This document shows positions 10,210 through 23,151 of a stretch of DNA of 64,000 nt, piece by piece. The notes below the pieces were generated by a model. That model was not told the origin of the DNA. It ran no database searches and saw only the letters and a list, made by a program, of their open reading frames with translations. Position numbers and translations under genes: made by a program. Within the stretch, counting starts at the first letter, position 1, and each line of letters opens with the position of its first letter. This stretch comes from Saprolegnia diclina VS20 (Eukaryota). The stretch covers positions 299,087 to 363,086 of the forward strand of contig NW_008246095.1 of NCBI RefSeq assembly GCF_000281045.1, in the 5' to 3' direction.

Positions 10210-11399
10210 ATGTCTGACATGGACGACGACGACGAGGAAGACCTCGTGCCCAAGCCGGCTGCCGACGCGGTCTCGATCAAGTCGCACCGCATTGTGCTCG
10301 GGCAGGCATGGGAAGACGGCCCGCGGCTCGACGAAACGCATTTGGCGTTCGTGCGCTTGGACTTTGCACGGCGAAAAGCATACGTTCTCGAGCTGCGCGA
10401 CCGCATGCGACTCAAGGTCCCTCACATTCGCCTCGTCGCGCGTAACAGGTTTTTGTGTAGAGCCAGCCCGGCGTCGAGTTTTTCCCCAAGCGCCCGCGCA
10501 CGCTCAAGACGCTGGCCGCGAAATACGCGCGCAGCAACTTGCACTTTTTGCCCTTTGTCAAAGTGTCGCTCACGGACGCCGTCTGGGACGCCGACCTTGT
10601 GAACGTGTCGCGGCTTCTCTTCCGGCGCGTGCCGCCCGACAGCCGCGACAAGGACGGTCGGCTCGCCATGTCGATCGCGATTCAGCTCAAGCAGGGCGCG
10701 ATCGCCAAGTTTCTCCTGGACAAACGCGCCAACGTCAACCTTCAAGACGAAGGCACGCTCTTCACGCCCCTCCACATGACGCTCGTGTAGGCCATGGATC
10801 CATTGATGGGGTAGCGCTCACCTTGTCGTATGCCTAGCATGGGCAACAAGAGCATCGCGTAACACGCCGACAGAGCGCATCGTTCATGACGGGTTGATGT
10901 TAAATGTGGTCCTACATGTAGGCGACGCTTTATCGAAGACGGCGCCCGCGTCGACGTGGCGGATGTCGATGGCATGCAGCCGCTGCATTGGGCGACGATC
11001 CGAGGCTTCCTTGAGGTCATTGCGATGCTGCTCGAGCATGGCGCGGACGTGAACGCGCAAGACAACCTGGGCATGACGCCGTTGCACATTGCATGCTTTA
11101 AAGGGTACATCGACCTTGTCGACTACCTTCTCCACACCGGTGCGATTTCATCTCGTTGATTGCGCGGCGATGTCATGGCCTGAGTAGCCCACGCTGATTT
11201 GGACGTCCAAGACGCCCAAGGCTTCTCCCCCGCGCTCTACGCGCGCATCGAAGATAATGGCGAAGTCCTTGACCGCATCGAAGAGTTTCAAGTGGAGCTG
11301 CGCAAGCGCGATGCCAAGCGCGCACGGCGCGCGCGTCGACGGGCCGAGCGCTTGGCGCAGCGAGAGCTTACCGAGAGCAGCCCCCATTCGCTTATTTAA
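10210..11399 (+). CDS. Ankyrin-repeat protein, multi-exon
   Basis: Ankyrin motifs FTPLHM, GMQPLHWATIRGFLEVIAMLLEHGADVNAQDNLGMTPLHIAC, GFSPALYA. First intron 10417-10460 restores the frame. Start codon uncertain. Confidence 0.85.
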
Positions 11400-11590
11400 C
11401 AGACCCTTGCCTGCTCTTGCTTTGGTGCTCATGCCCTCTACGTTCTGAGCGCTGTCCGCTCATACGTGGCAGCGTCGGGTGAAACTGAAATTCGCAAAGT
11501 GCGTCTAAAAGCGCACTTGTGCGGGACCTTGCACGGGATTGGCTGAAAATCGATCACTGGTGGAGATCGAAGCGTAATTTACGAGTGGTC

Positions 11591-11605
11591 GCATTTTCAC
11601 TTCAA
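11591..11605 (+). promoter_or_regulatory. Oomycete-type initiator/FPR core promoter of RPA1
   Basis: GCATTTTCACTTCAA about 20-35 nt before ATG 11624. An ATTGG (inverted CCAAT) lies at about 11538. Confidence 0.5.
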
Positions 11606-11623
11606 GATCGTCGGGTTGCCGCC

Positions 11624-14600
11624 ATGGACGCGTCGATGGACCAGACGATCCTGCGGCATGAGGTGTCGGAGATCAACTTCGGCTTCTACTCGGACGATGA
11701 GATCCGCGCGCTCTCGGTCAAGCAGATCACGTCGCGCATCTCGTTTGACGGGCTCAAGAACCCGGTCCTCGGCGGCTTGTACGACCCTGCGATGGGCCCG
11801 ATCGATTTCAACATGATCTGCCCGACGTGCCACATGACGCAGAAGGAGTGCCCGGGCCACTTGGGCCACATTGAGCTGCCGGTGCCGGTCTACTCGCCCG
11901 TCCTCTTTGCGACGCTCCTCAACATCCTCAAGCGCAAGTGCATGAGCTGCCACAAGTTTCGCCGCGCGTCGTCGTCGTCGCGCATCTTCCGCGTGCGCCT
12001 CTTGCTCTTGGACAATGGCTACATTGAAGAGGCCTCGCAGATGCTCGACCTCCTGGAGCAGAAGGACGGCAACTTTGAGGAAGGCCATGCGCAGACCATC
12101 CAGCGCCAACAGGCGATTCTCGACGAGTACGAGCGCCTCGCGCTCTCGGGCGCGGCCACGTTTTTGCCCAAGAACCCGCGCGCCGTCGAGGTCGAGCGCG
12201 ATAGCATCATCAGCGCGTTCCTGAAAGGCATGACGTACAAGTGCGAAAACTGCGAAGCGCACTCGCCGGCCATTCGCCAAGACTCGGCGGCCAAGATCTT
12301 CCTCAAGCCGCTCTCGCAGCGCTCGCTGCGCCACAACAAGTCGCGCGCGATCAACCTCAACTCGGCCTTTGACATGGTGCACAAGACGACCGACGGCAAG
12401 GCGCCGGCTGCCGACGACTCGGACGTCGACTCGGACGAAGACGTACGATGCTATCTAGCGACGTTCCTTACGATTTGATGCTCATTATGCTCTGTCCACT
12501 AGATGGACTCGGACCGCGAAGAGGCGTCGACGGCCGGCCACCAGTACCTCGCGCCGCTGGAGGTCATGTCGCAGCTCCAGCTGCTCTGGCAAAACGAAGA
12601 TGGCTTGACCGAGCTCATGTGGGGCAACCGCGTTGCTGCGAGCCGCCGCGGCGACAACCTCGCGCTCATCGGCTGGCAAAAGTTCTTCCTCAACGTGATT
12701 CCGGTCGCGCCGTCGCGCTTCCGCCCGCCCGTGATCATGGGCGACACGCAGTTCGAGCACGCGCAAAACAATTACCTCTCCAAGATCATCTCGCTCTCGG
12801 AGCAAATGATGCAGATGAACAACGCGCGCCGTGAGACGACGGACACGGAGACGGCCAAGTCGGTCAACCTCTCGGACAAGATTTACCTCTGGACCGAGCT
12901 CCAGACGCAGGTCAACTGCCTCATCGACAACTCCAAGGCCAAGCGCCCGGACGACATGCCCCAAGGCATCAAGCAGCTCATCGAGAAGAAGGAAGGTCTT
13001 TTCCGCAAGCACATGATGGGCAAGCGCGTCAACTACGCGGCGCGCTCGGTCATTTCGCCGGATCCGTACATTGCGACGTCCGAGATCGGTGTGCCCCTTC
13101 GCTTTGCCAAGACGCTGACGCTGCCGCAGGCCGTCACGCCGTGGAACGTCGTCGAGATGCGCCAGCTGGTCGAGAACGGCCCGCAGATCCACCCGGGCGC
13201 CAACTTTGTCGAGAACGAGCGCGGCCAGCTCATCGATCTGAGCAAGCGCACGCCCGACCAGCGCCGCGCGATTGGCAAAACGCTGTTGACGCGCTCGGCG
13301 AGTGCGCAGGGCGCGCACCAAAAGCACAAGGTCAAGCGCGTGTGGCGCCACCTCAAGAGCGGCGACGTCGTGCTCATGAACCGCCAGCCGACGCTCCACA
13401 AGCCCAGTATGATGGCGCATGTGACGCGTGTGCTGACGAATCCCGCGATGCAAACCATTCGCATGCACTACGCCAACTGCAACACGTTCAACGCCGACTT
13501 TGACGGCGATGAGATGAACATGCACTTTCCGCAAAACGAGCTCGCGCGCGCCGAGGCGTACCACATTGCCAACAACGACAACCAGTACCTCGTGCCGACG
13601 GACGGGTCGCCGCTCCGCGGTCTCATCCAGGATCACGTCGACTCGGGCGTCAAGCTCACGCAGCGTGACACGTTCTTGACCAAGGACATGTACCTCCAGC
13701 TCGTTTACTCGGCGTGGACGTGCCTCGACGGCGAGAAGGGCGTCATCAAGACGCTGCCGCCGACGCTCCTCAAGCCGCAGCCCATGTGGACGGGCAAGCA
13801 AGTCATGTCGACGATCTTGCTCATGCTCACGGCCGGCAAGCCGCCGCTCAACCTCGACTCGAAGGCCAAGATCAAGGCCGACCTCTACGGCCCGAAGAAC
13901 GCCGAACACATTATCGTGTTCCGTGACGGCGAGCTGCTCCAGGGTGTGCTTGATAAGGCGCAGTTTGGTGCCTCCGAGTACGGTTGGGTCCATGCCGTCT
14001 ACGAGCTCTACGGCGCGGGCACGGCCGCGAAGCTCCTCACGGCGCTCGGCCGCGTGTTGACTTGCTACCTCCAGTATGCGGGCCACACGTGCGCGCTCGA
14101 AGATTTGACGCTGACGGGCCCGGCGGAAGTGGAACGTCGCCGCCTCGTTGAGCAGAGTGTCTTGCACGGTGAGGTTGCGTACTCGGAGTTTGCGGGCCTT
14201 CCGGGCCTCAAGAGCGACGAGACCCGCCGGATGAACGACGACGAGCGCGCCACGCTTCGCGAGACCATGCGCCGCAAAATGGCCGAGGACCTCGAGAACA
14301 CGTCGTCGGCGCTCGACTCGCACATGATGGGCTTTGTCCATGGCTCCAACTCGGAGATCATCAAGTCGTGTCTGCCGCACGGCCAGAACAAGAGCTTCCC
14401 TGCCAACTGCTTCTCGCTCATGGTGCTCACCGGTGCGAAGGGCTCGATGGTCAACCACTCGCAGATCTCGTGCGGTCTCGGCCAGCAGGCGCTCGAAGGT
14501 CGCCGCGTGCCCGTGCTCGTGAGCGGCAAGTCGCTCCCGTCCTTCGAGCCGTTTGACCCGAGCCCGCGCGCCGGTGGCTACATTACGGATCGATTCTTGA

Positions 14601-16975
14601 CGGGGTTGCGCCCGCAAGAGTACTACCACCATTGCATGGCGGGCCGTGAAGGTCTTGTCGATACGGCTGTCAAGACGTCACGCTCCGGGTACCTCCAGCG
14701 TTGCTTGGTCAAGCACCTCGAGGACCTGCATGTGGGCTACGACCACACGGTGCGCAACTGCGACGGCAACGTTGTGCAGTTTTTGTACGGCGAAGACGGT
14801 GTCGATACGCTCAACTCGGCGTTCCTCTCGGGCAAGGCCGACCAGATGAGCTTCCTCGCGATGAACCACGCGTCGCTCTCGCACAAGTTTGGCATCACGG
14901 CCGACTTTTTGGAGACGTCGGGTCTCGACGTGGTCGCGCCTGCGCAGCTCCACCACGAGATCAAGTCGGCCAAGCGCCACGGCTACGAAGGCGGTCTCTT
15001 TGAGATGCACTCGATGAAGGAAGGCCTGAGCGTCCTTGCGCGCCGCCTCCAGCCCGGCCACCACAAGTGGAAGAAGGGCCATTTTGCGTTGGGGTGGCAT
15101 GCGGCGACGATCGCCAAGGTCGACGACAGCGGCGACTTTGCCGTGTACGACCTTACGTACGAAGACGGCGAGACGGTGCGTGGCGTGCCGCAGTTCAAGC
15201 AGCTCAAGGCGAGCACGGCGACGATGCCCGAGAACGAGTACATGGCTGGCTCGGTCGAGCTCATTCGCCCGCAGCTGCCCGACCCGGTCATGCACGCACT
15301 GCCGCTCAACCATCACATTGGCACGGTCTCGGAGAAGACGCAGAACCACATTGAGTCGTACTCGAAGGCCAACCCGAGCAATTTGCTCGAGTCGAAGAAG
15401 AACAAGCTCGGCGGCGTCGTCTCGGCGTCCGGCTTCCGCCTCATGGTGTGGGTCAAGTACATGCGCAGCTTGTGCCAGCCCGGCGAGAACGTCGGTACGA
15501 TCTGCGCGCAGTCGATTGGCGAGCCCTCGACGCAGATGACGCTCAACACGTTCCACTTGGCCGGCCACGGTGCCGCCAACGTCACGCTCGGTATCCCGCG
15601 TCTGCGTGAAATCATCATGACGGCCAGTAAGAAGATGTCGACGCCGATGATGACGATTCCGTTGCTCCCGACGGCGTCGCCGGCCGACGGCATGGCGGTC
15701 GAGCAGCAGCTCAACCAAGTGCCGCTTGCCGAGCTCATTCGCAACACCAAGGGCATTCGCGTCCAGGACCAGTTCTTGGAAGCCGAGAACCGCGTGCTCT
15801 GGTGCCGCGAGTACACGATTCGTCTCTACTTTTTCAAGCCCAAGCTCATCCGTGACGCGTTTGGCATCACGACCAAGGAGATCCAGCGCGCGTTTGGCCG
15901 TCACTTTGTCTCGAAGCTCCTCACGCTCCTCAAGCACGAGATGCGCAAGAGCGGCGTGACGATCTCGGTCGAGTCGGGCAACACGATGAGCGCGCGGGCG
16001 TCCGACAACTTTGGCGACGACGATGACGACGCACCGCGTGGCCGTGCCAAGAAGACCAAGGACGACGACGATGATGATGACGACGAAGACCAAGGCACGC
16101 TCAAGTTTGGCGCCAAGAAGGAGGCGTCCGGCTACGGCGACATGGACGACGAAGACATTGCTGTCCAGCGTGCGGCAGACTCGGACGATGACGACGACGA
16201 CGAGGCGCCCAAGAAGAAGAAGAACGCGGCGTCGTCCGACACGGAAAACAGCTCGGACGACGAAGACGCGGCGCCGATCAAGGTCCTCAAGGGCGAGCTC
16301 AAGGACGTCCCGGTCTCCGCGACGGTGTCCAAGAACCCGTACTTTGCCGGCGCGGGCGTCAACACGACCGAGCACTATGGCGAGCTCAAGCTGCGGTTTC
16401 CCGCCAACTTCAAGACGCTGCTCCTCGTGCCGCTCATCGAGAAGATCGCGGCGCAGGTGCTCGTGCGGTCGTGCCCGGGTATCTCGCGCTGCTACGCGGT
16501 CAAGCAGCGCCTCGACAAGTCGGGCGACGAAGAGCAGTGCATCCAAACCGCGGGCCTCAACTTCCAGGCGATCTGGGAGCTCAACGACAAGCTCGACGTG
16601 AACCGGCTCGTGACCAACGATGTTTACCAAGTGCTGCTCAACTATGGTGTCGAGGCCGCGCGCGCGTCGATCTCCAAGCAGATTCAAGATGTGTTTGGCG
16701 TCTACGGTATCTCGGTGGACCCGCGCCACTTGAGCTTGCTCGCCGACTACATGACGCACTACGGTGACTACATGCCGCTCAACCGGTCGGGCATGGCGCG
16801 CAAGGGCTCGTCGTTCCAGCAGATCACGTTCGAAACGTCCATGAAGTTTTTGACGGAAGCCGCGACCGGCAACTTTGGCGACGACATGGCGGGTCCCTCG
16901 GCCCGTATCGTGCTCGGCCAGCCCGTCAAGCTCGGCACGGGCTCCTTCTCGCTGATGGCGCCCATCGCTCTGTAA
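11624..16975 (+). CDS. RPA1: DNA-directed RNA polymerase I largest subunit; exons 11624-12442 and 12503-16975
   Basis: Zn motif CPTC...CPGHLGH, KKEGLFRKHMMGKRVNY, NRQPTLHKPS, catalytic NADFDGDEMN, GREGLVDTAVKTSRSGYLQR, EPSTQMTLNTFH, Pol I-type acidic expander. A 60-nt GT-AG intron (12443-12502) keeps the frame. Confidence 0.97.
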
Positions 16976-17221
16976 ACGACAAGGTTTAGAGGCCTAGGCT
17001 ACATGATGCTCTCATAATTCTATTTTGCATGTTATTTGGCGTCCTGCAGTGTGCAGAAAGATCAACTTATCAAGTGGCGACATCAACGCACGGCTAAAGG
17101 CGTGAAACTGCACCAGAAGCGCGTTTTTCTATTAAAACCTTGCGTAACTGCACGAAAAACGCGTTTTTCTACTATAACCTTGTTGCACGCATGTCTACGT
17201 GACCACGATGGTGGAATCGCC

Positions 17222-18022
17222 ATGGCGACCGTCGATCGTCCAGATACGAAGCGCCAGCGCGTGTCGCCTGGTGGGCTGCCCAACGAGATGTTGCAGTGCA
17301 TTGCCGAGTACTTGGCGGACGCCAAGGCGAAGCAAACCTTCCTTGCAGCATTTTGCCCACGCGGCTCGCGGTGTCCATGACAGCGCTCGCCGCGCCTCTT
17401 CGCAATACCAACGCTAGGCTGCCGCAGCGCATCGAGCTGTAGCCGCAGCTTTCGTGGCGCCCTCGCGTCACCGACCCGCAGCTTGTCGCGGCCGTGGAGG
17501 CCATCTCGCCAATGCTGTCGTCCGTCGACGCCGTCGGGCACGAATCACCCTGGTATCACACTCCACGCTTGGCCAAGGTGGATGTGGGCTACGTCTGCTC
17601 AGACACGCACATGGCGCGGGCTGTTCGCAACTGGTCTCAACAAGCCGGGTCGCTGCGCCTGCACATGGATGACGACGACCTTGCGTCGCGACGTCACTGT
17701 CGCGCCAGCCGGTGCTGAAGCGCCTGCGGGTCGTTTGCGGTCTTGCTCGGTGCGCGCAGTCGCAAACCAAATTGTTGCGTGGCGTTGCCGCCTCCAATCT
17801 AACGCATTTGCGCTTGAGTTACGACGACCCCGAGATGTGTGGGTCTTTGCCTTGATGATCGAACGCTCCGAATTGCTGGTACTGGCACTTACACTTGTGG
17901 ATACCTTGGCGCAACTGAAGTCGCGCCTGCATCACCACAGTATGCACCTGCCACGCCTACAGCACCTCGATGCGGCGTGTTTGGACCGTGATGAGACGCA
18001 CATGAGCTTCCAGCACTCGTGA
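17222..18022 (+). pseudogene. Disrupted F-box-like family gene
   Basis: N-terminus KRQR...LPNEMLQCIAEYL is F-box-like. The protein-like frame continues only after a frameshift near 17350 and has an in-frame TAG at 17440-17442 (IEL*PQL). Further frame breaks follow. Confidence 0.55.
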
Positions 18023-18239
18023 GCTTGGCGCTTCGCGCGTCGGCCTGTGATGGTCACACGGCTGAGGAGCTAGCAGACCGGTTGCCGAGCTGCGTCGCCT
18101 CACAACCCCATCAGGCTGCTCAAGTACCCAGGCACCGTGCTTGACCTTCTCACGCATCCGGTTAAACACCAATGCCACACTTATAACCGGATGGGCCGGG
18201 CCCAGATTGCCTTTTTCTCGAAGAGCATCAAAGAGCAAT

Positions 18240-19020
18240 ATGACAACGATGGCACCAAGTCGAGTGCTCCGGGTTGTGTGCATCTCGGACACGCATAGCA
18301 GGCACAACGACTTGGTCGTGCCGGACGGCGACATCTTGATCCACGCTGGCGACTTTACAAAGCGCGGAGGCCACGCCGAGATCAAGGCCTTTGACGACTG
18401 GCTGGCCGCGCTGCCCCACCGCCACAAGGTTGTGGTTGCGGGCAACCACGAGCTGTCGCTCGATGCGGCATGGTACCCCACTGACTGGAAAAAGTGGCAC
18501 AAAACCTTCCAGGACCCGAGCGTCTCGAAGCAGCTTTTGCGCCACTGCACATATTTGGAGAACCAAGTGCTGGAAGTCGAAGGCCTCCGCATCTTTGGGT
18601 CGCCGTACAGCACGCTCAACCCCGGCGCCGTCATGTGTGTACTTCCTCGCAGCTGCGTCGTCGCTTATCAGTCACGCGCGTAGGGCCTTCCAGGCGTTTC
18701 CCGGCTCGCACGCGCAGGGCATTTGGGGCCAAGCTCCTGCGAACGTCGACATTCTTGTGACACACGGACCGCCGCTTGGAATCCGCGACCTGAGCGTGCG
18801 CGGCCACCGCTGCGGCGACGAAGACCTTTTGCACGACGTCCAGACGCGCATTCTGCCCAAGTACCACGTCTTTGGCCACATCCACGAGTGCTATGGCTCC
18901 GAGACAATTGGTCCCACGACCTTTATCAACGCTGCTTCCTCCACGCTGCTCCGGCAGTGCACCAACGCACCGATCGTCTTTGACATTGCTCTCGCCTCAA
19001 AAGACGACGAAACAATGTAA
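18240..19020 (+). CDS. Calcineurin-like metallophosphoesterase (MPPED/239FB type); intron 18635-18683
   Basis: CISDTH, IHAGDFT, AGNHE, FGSPY, THGPP, HVFGHIHE motifs. A 49-nt GT-AG intron joins the frames (VM-AF). Confidence 0.92.
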
Positions 19021-19859
19021 TTGCTACACAAAGGTACGTCTTTGCTTGTGCGGTTTGATCCATCTTCAAGGTCCAAATTATAATACTTCGAGTTCTCTTT
19101 CTATATGATTGTCTACATCAAAATGGATTAAAACAACTGCCCAAAAGTGTGTAGACTAAAGATTTCATTGATCACAAAGGACTCGTGTTTATTGCTCCTG
19201 AAACGTGGCTTCGTCAGCCTTGAACTTTTTCCGAAGGTCGGCCCGAACTGTCGAGATGGCCCCGATCGCAAGGACCTTGCGCTTCGATGCGGTGCTGAGT
19301 GGCACGCGCTTCCAAGACGTTTGTGGTAGTGTCGGTACCGTCGTTGCTGGGACGAGCGGCGTCGGCAGGGGCGTTTCTTGAGCGAGTGGCGGTAAAGTTG
19401 CTTGGGTGACCGCTGCCGTCGCTTTCGCGCGACGCTTCTTGGCGCCAGCAACCCAAACGTACGGTGCATGCTTTGTGTTGAGAAATGGCGATGGGGAGAT
19501 GGCAGTGTACATGGGATTCGGAAATGATGTCCTGAACTTTGAGCAATCGAGCCCATTACGCGCTTTTGCATGATAGTTTTTGTATCCGGATACGCCGGGC
19601 TCAAAATGATGGTCTTTGGAGCGACATATGTGTTCGACGGTCCACAGGTCGACGTACAGCTATGCTACTATAGTACCGGTAGGTCCTTGGAGTAGGTCCT
19701 TGGAGGCCAAGACGCGATGCGGTCAAGTGCCAAGATCCCTGTCCACACTGCGTGCTGCATTATTGGACCTCGGACTCTATCGCCGTCGTCGTGGACTTGC
19801 GACCGACTGACGATGCATTGGTCTTCTTGTGTTCCATGCATATTATATTTTGACTCCAT

Positions 19860-21479
19860 TTACATGGTAGACACACTACGGTGGGCGGCGTGATAAATCG
19901 AGTGCCCTGGCGCTGCGCCCAAGACCTATTCGAACGTGCATAAACGACTTTTGCGCGGTCCGAGTCGCCGAACAGACCTGGGTCATGGCGAGCTTTGTCG
20001 TCGCAATCGGCGGTGGTGGCGCCGGGGTCACGAGGGTCATGTAGTCCCTACTCACAGACATGTGCATCTGTACGATGAAATTGCTGCGTCTCGTACATGA
20101 AGCGGTCTTTTCGCCACATTTTCAGATACGTCGCCGCAAATGTCTGCGACTCCTACACCCCAGTGTCATTGTCCGTAAGAGGGGCAAGAGAAAATCGCGC
20201 GCGCACCGCGTTCTTGACGAGCGACTGGCCCGTCCCAACGTGGTCGCGAGCACCACAGATTTGGGCGCTCGCCGGGTCTCCCGATTTCGCCGACGCGCAG
20301 CGCATCCACATGAGCTGGAAGAGCGCTCTAGGCATGCCACGTATTTAGCAGAATATGCGTGCGACAAGACGCACTTGAGCCGGAGGACGGCGTCCGTGTC
20401 CGGGTGCGCGGCCAGCTGCAGCGCGATGCGCATGAGAAGGTCGCAAAACCCGTCGTACGTGAGTCGGCGCGAGAGATCGTCAATCTTGACAAGGCTGTCG
20501 ACGTACGCATAGGCAAAGCTGGTCACAGAGAGGTATGCGCTGAGCCCATACTTGCGCGCAAACGTGAGCGCATGGCTGTAGCTCCAATAGAAGCCGCGTC
20601 GGCGGTCACCCAAGTGGGGCTTCTTGTCCATCGGGTTCCTCGAATCCGGCGGGATCGCATAGTAGCTAAAAATCTAGACCCATGTGAGATGTGTCATGTT
20701 GCCGTGACGCACCTCGAGCAGACTGGCCTCAAACGCACCCAAGAGCTTTTGTGCAACTGCGCGCGGACGCGTCGTGCTGATCCGAGGCCTATCACATCGC
20801 GTGGTCTGCGCAGCTTCACCAAGCTACTCCTTCGTACGGTCGCATCTTGGCGCTGCGGGGTGTCTGGACACACTGGTCCACAATGTACTTGAAGGCCATG
20901 GGCGGTGATACGCCCGGATGCGCCTAGTACGGCCAAGATGCGTCGAGGAAGGTTCGGATACACGTTGTCCATTCTACCTGCTGCGCCAGGGCCCACAAAA
21001 AGTGAAGGAACTTGTCGTAGCTGAGCTTGACGCTGGTCGTGCGCGTGTGCATGAGCTTGCTCGCGAGCATCTCGACATCGCGGATTGTAAGCGCCACGAG
21101 CGGCTACTTGTCGAGCTTTCCACCCTCGTTCATATAAAGTCGAGTGGAATACCTTGGCGTCTTTGAGCACCAGCGGCGACGACGAGGTGGCGACCGTGTC
21201 GAGCACAATGCGACACTCTTGGAGGAGCTTGATGACGTTGCCGAGGCGAATGCACGTCGGGTCGTCCGACGACGTCTGGAGCGCAAACGACGTAAAGACC
21301 AAAAAGAGCTTCTCTTCCCGACTCTGCTGGTCGTCCGTGTCGATCGAGAAAGGGGGCGGGCCCGCGTTTGTCTCGGCTGGGTAGTCCTCGCACCGCTCGA
21401 CGTCCTCGAACGCATGGTCCTGGAGCAGCGCGTCCGGCGACAGCGACAGAGAGATCATCGAGTGCAGCAGCGTTTCCAT
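19860..21479 (-). CDS. Multi-exon protein with p25-alpha/TPPP-like or EF-hand-like helical segments
   Basis: LFLVFTSFAL...IRLGNVIKLLQECRIV, KLSYDKF and LTYDGFCDLLMRIAL segments separated by short introns. Exon chain and 3' end are only approximate. Confidence 0.5.
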
Positions 21480-21605
21480 TCTTGGAATGCATCCTGTCGA
21501 CGCGGATGCTCGAGATGATGGCGCCTGTCTAAATATACACAACGCGACGTCGACAATAAATAGCACTTGTATTGGGCAAGTAAGTGGAAATAAGAAATGA
21601 GGTGT

Positions 21606-22070
21606 CTAGGCGCGGCGGCGGCGCGAGACTTTGGTGAGCGCAATGCACACGTTGCGCGCGTTGGACGAGAAGGCGACCGCCATGCAGCACTCGCACGTCG
21701 ACTTGTCTTCTTCAGCGATCGCGGTGAGCGTGTTCTTGTGCTCAAAATCGGCCTTCCAGTAGTCGAGCTCAAGCTCTGAGAACGGCACCTTGTGGCCGCC
21801 GACGATCGTTGCGAGTTTGTGCATGCGGACGCGCGGCCGGTCAATAAAGCGGTGCGAAATCGTCACATCCGGCGCGCCGAGCTCGTACTGCGGCAGCACC
21901 TGCTCCGACGCGAGGCGCGCCTTGCAGCAGCTCGGCGTGTCGTCGATCGGCTTGTACGGGTGGCACTTTTTGGTCGTCCAGCGCAGACCGCCGCGCGGCT
22001 TATTGGTCTCGACGTCCTTCAAACCTATCTTGGGCTTCTTCTGGAACATCTTGGCGAGGACAATGGCCAT
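21606..22070 (-). CDS. Hypothetical protein, 154 aa, paralog A of an unnamed CxxC-domain family
   Basis: Intronless ATG-to-stop ORF with host-like codon bias. Shares an approximately 75-aa block with 23152-23586. Confidence 0.8.
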   Translation of the reverse strand: MAIVLAKMFQKKPKIGLKDVETNKPRGGLRWTTKKCHPYKPIDDTPSCCKARLASEQVLPQYELGAPDVTISHRFIDRPRVRMHKLATIVGGHKVPFSELELDYWKADFEHKNTLTAIAEEDKSTCECCMAVAFSSNARNVCIALTKVSRRRRA

Positions 22071-23151
22071 GGTAGAATGGATGTGGTTGGAAGAGATCCA
22101 AAGGCAAAGTGATGAGCCATGACCACCACCACGTCGCAGTCGAATTCAGCGTCATCGGGTGAGCAATCTCCAGTTGGCATGGTATTTTATTGCGCTTTTC
22201 GCCGCCTTTTCGCGTGCAGCATACAAATTCCTTTATGTTTGAACCTGGATTGCTTGCTGGATCCCACGCTTTCGGATTTCCACACGGATTTTTACTCGCG
22301 CGCCAAACGGTTCAGTTCTGATAGCCGGTCGCCGATCACTTGGTATTTTATTGCATTTTCACTCAACGTTGAAGTCATTTTATGCAAGCTGTTGACCAAA
22401 TGGCGCGCTGTATTTTTTCTAGTATTCTTCGACATCACGGCTGGCACATGTCGCAGTGCCAGGTTATTAAGCTCGACAAGTCATGGATGAACCCAAGACG
22501 GTGCGATTGGTAGAGCTTTCCTGTACGCCGTGATCCCAAGCAGGATCATATCGTGAGCCCGCGAGCGATCAGCGCTCGGACCTTGATTTTGTTGAAGTGG
22601 ACGTGCTCGGATCCAACATCATCCTAAATTGCGCTGATGCGCCACAGGCTCGCAAACACGAGAGGTCGGGCGGAGCTCGCTATCGGGCGGTTGCACGGTT
22701 CCTCTCATATGTGTACAAGTAATATACGAGCAGTTGGGCATCTTCTTCTATCTTTTGTCGTGCAGGATACTGGAAGTCAGGTTGTATGGTTGCGATCATA
22801 TTCTTGTGATTTGCTCGAAGGTTGCCGATCCACGAGGAGGCAGCCACGCGCGTGTTGTTTGCGTCAAGACAAGGCGCCTGAAGTCGTTTTGCTCTTGCCC
22901 TTTATCTTGCACTACCGCGATGGTTTATAGGCCGCGCGTCGTCGGGCAGGTGCGAGGTGGAAGCTTCTCGACACAGTCGTCAGTCTCGTCCAAATTTTGC
23001 GCCCGCATCCACGAATCTCGTCCGGACGACCAGTATTCGTTGATTTCTTTGATGACGTCGGACAAAGATACCTCTTAACGCAGACAGCTTTGTGTTTGCA
23101 TAAATTTTTATACAAAGGTACTTTTGTACTAAACGATTGATTACCTATAAA

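Noticed and set aside
12485..16759. Very long antisense ORFs (715 and 693 aa) opposite RPA1, and similar ones opposite PMA1, AATF and the DAACS gene
   Set aside because: Expected shadow of strong C/G third-position bias, which removes stops on the opposite strand. No motifs recognised.
19189..19512. 107-aa Pro/Thr/Lys-rich minus-strand ORF
   Set aside because: Could be a small gene or terminal exon, but there is no motif or splice link to support a call.
19679..19705. Two-copy tandem GTAGGTCCTTGGAG-like repeat
   Set aside because: Only two units of a local duplication. No spacers, so not an array.
22720..23075. Protein-like minus-strand stretch (EVSLSDVIKEINEYW...) with in-frame stops
   Set aside because: Too short and unrecognisable to call a pseudogene without a homology search.
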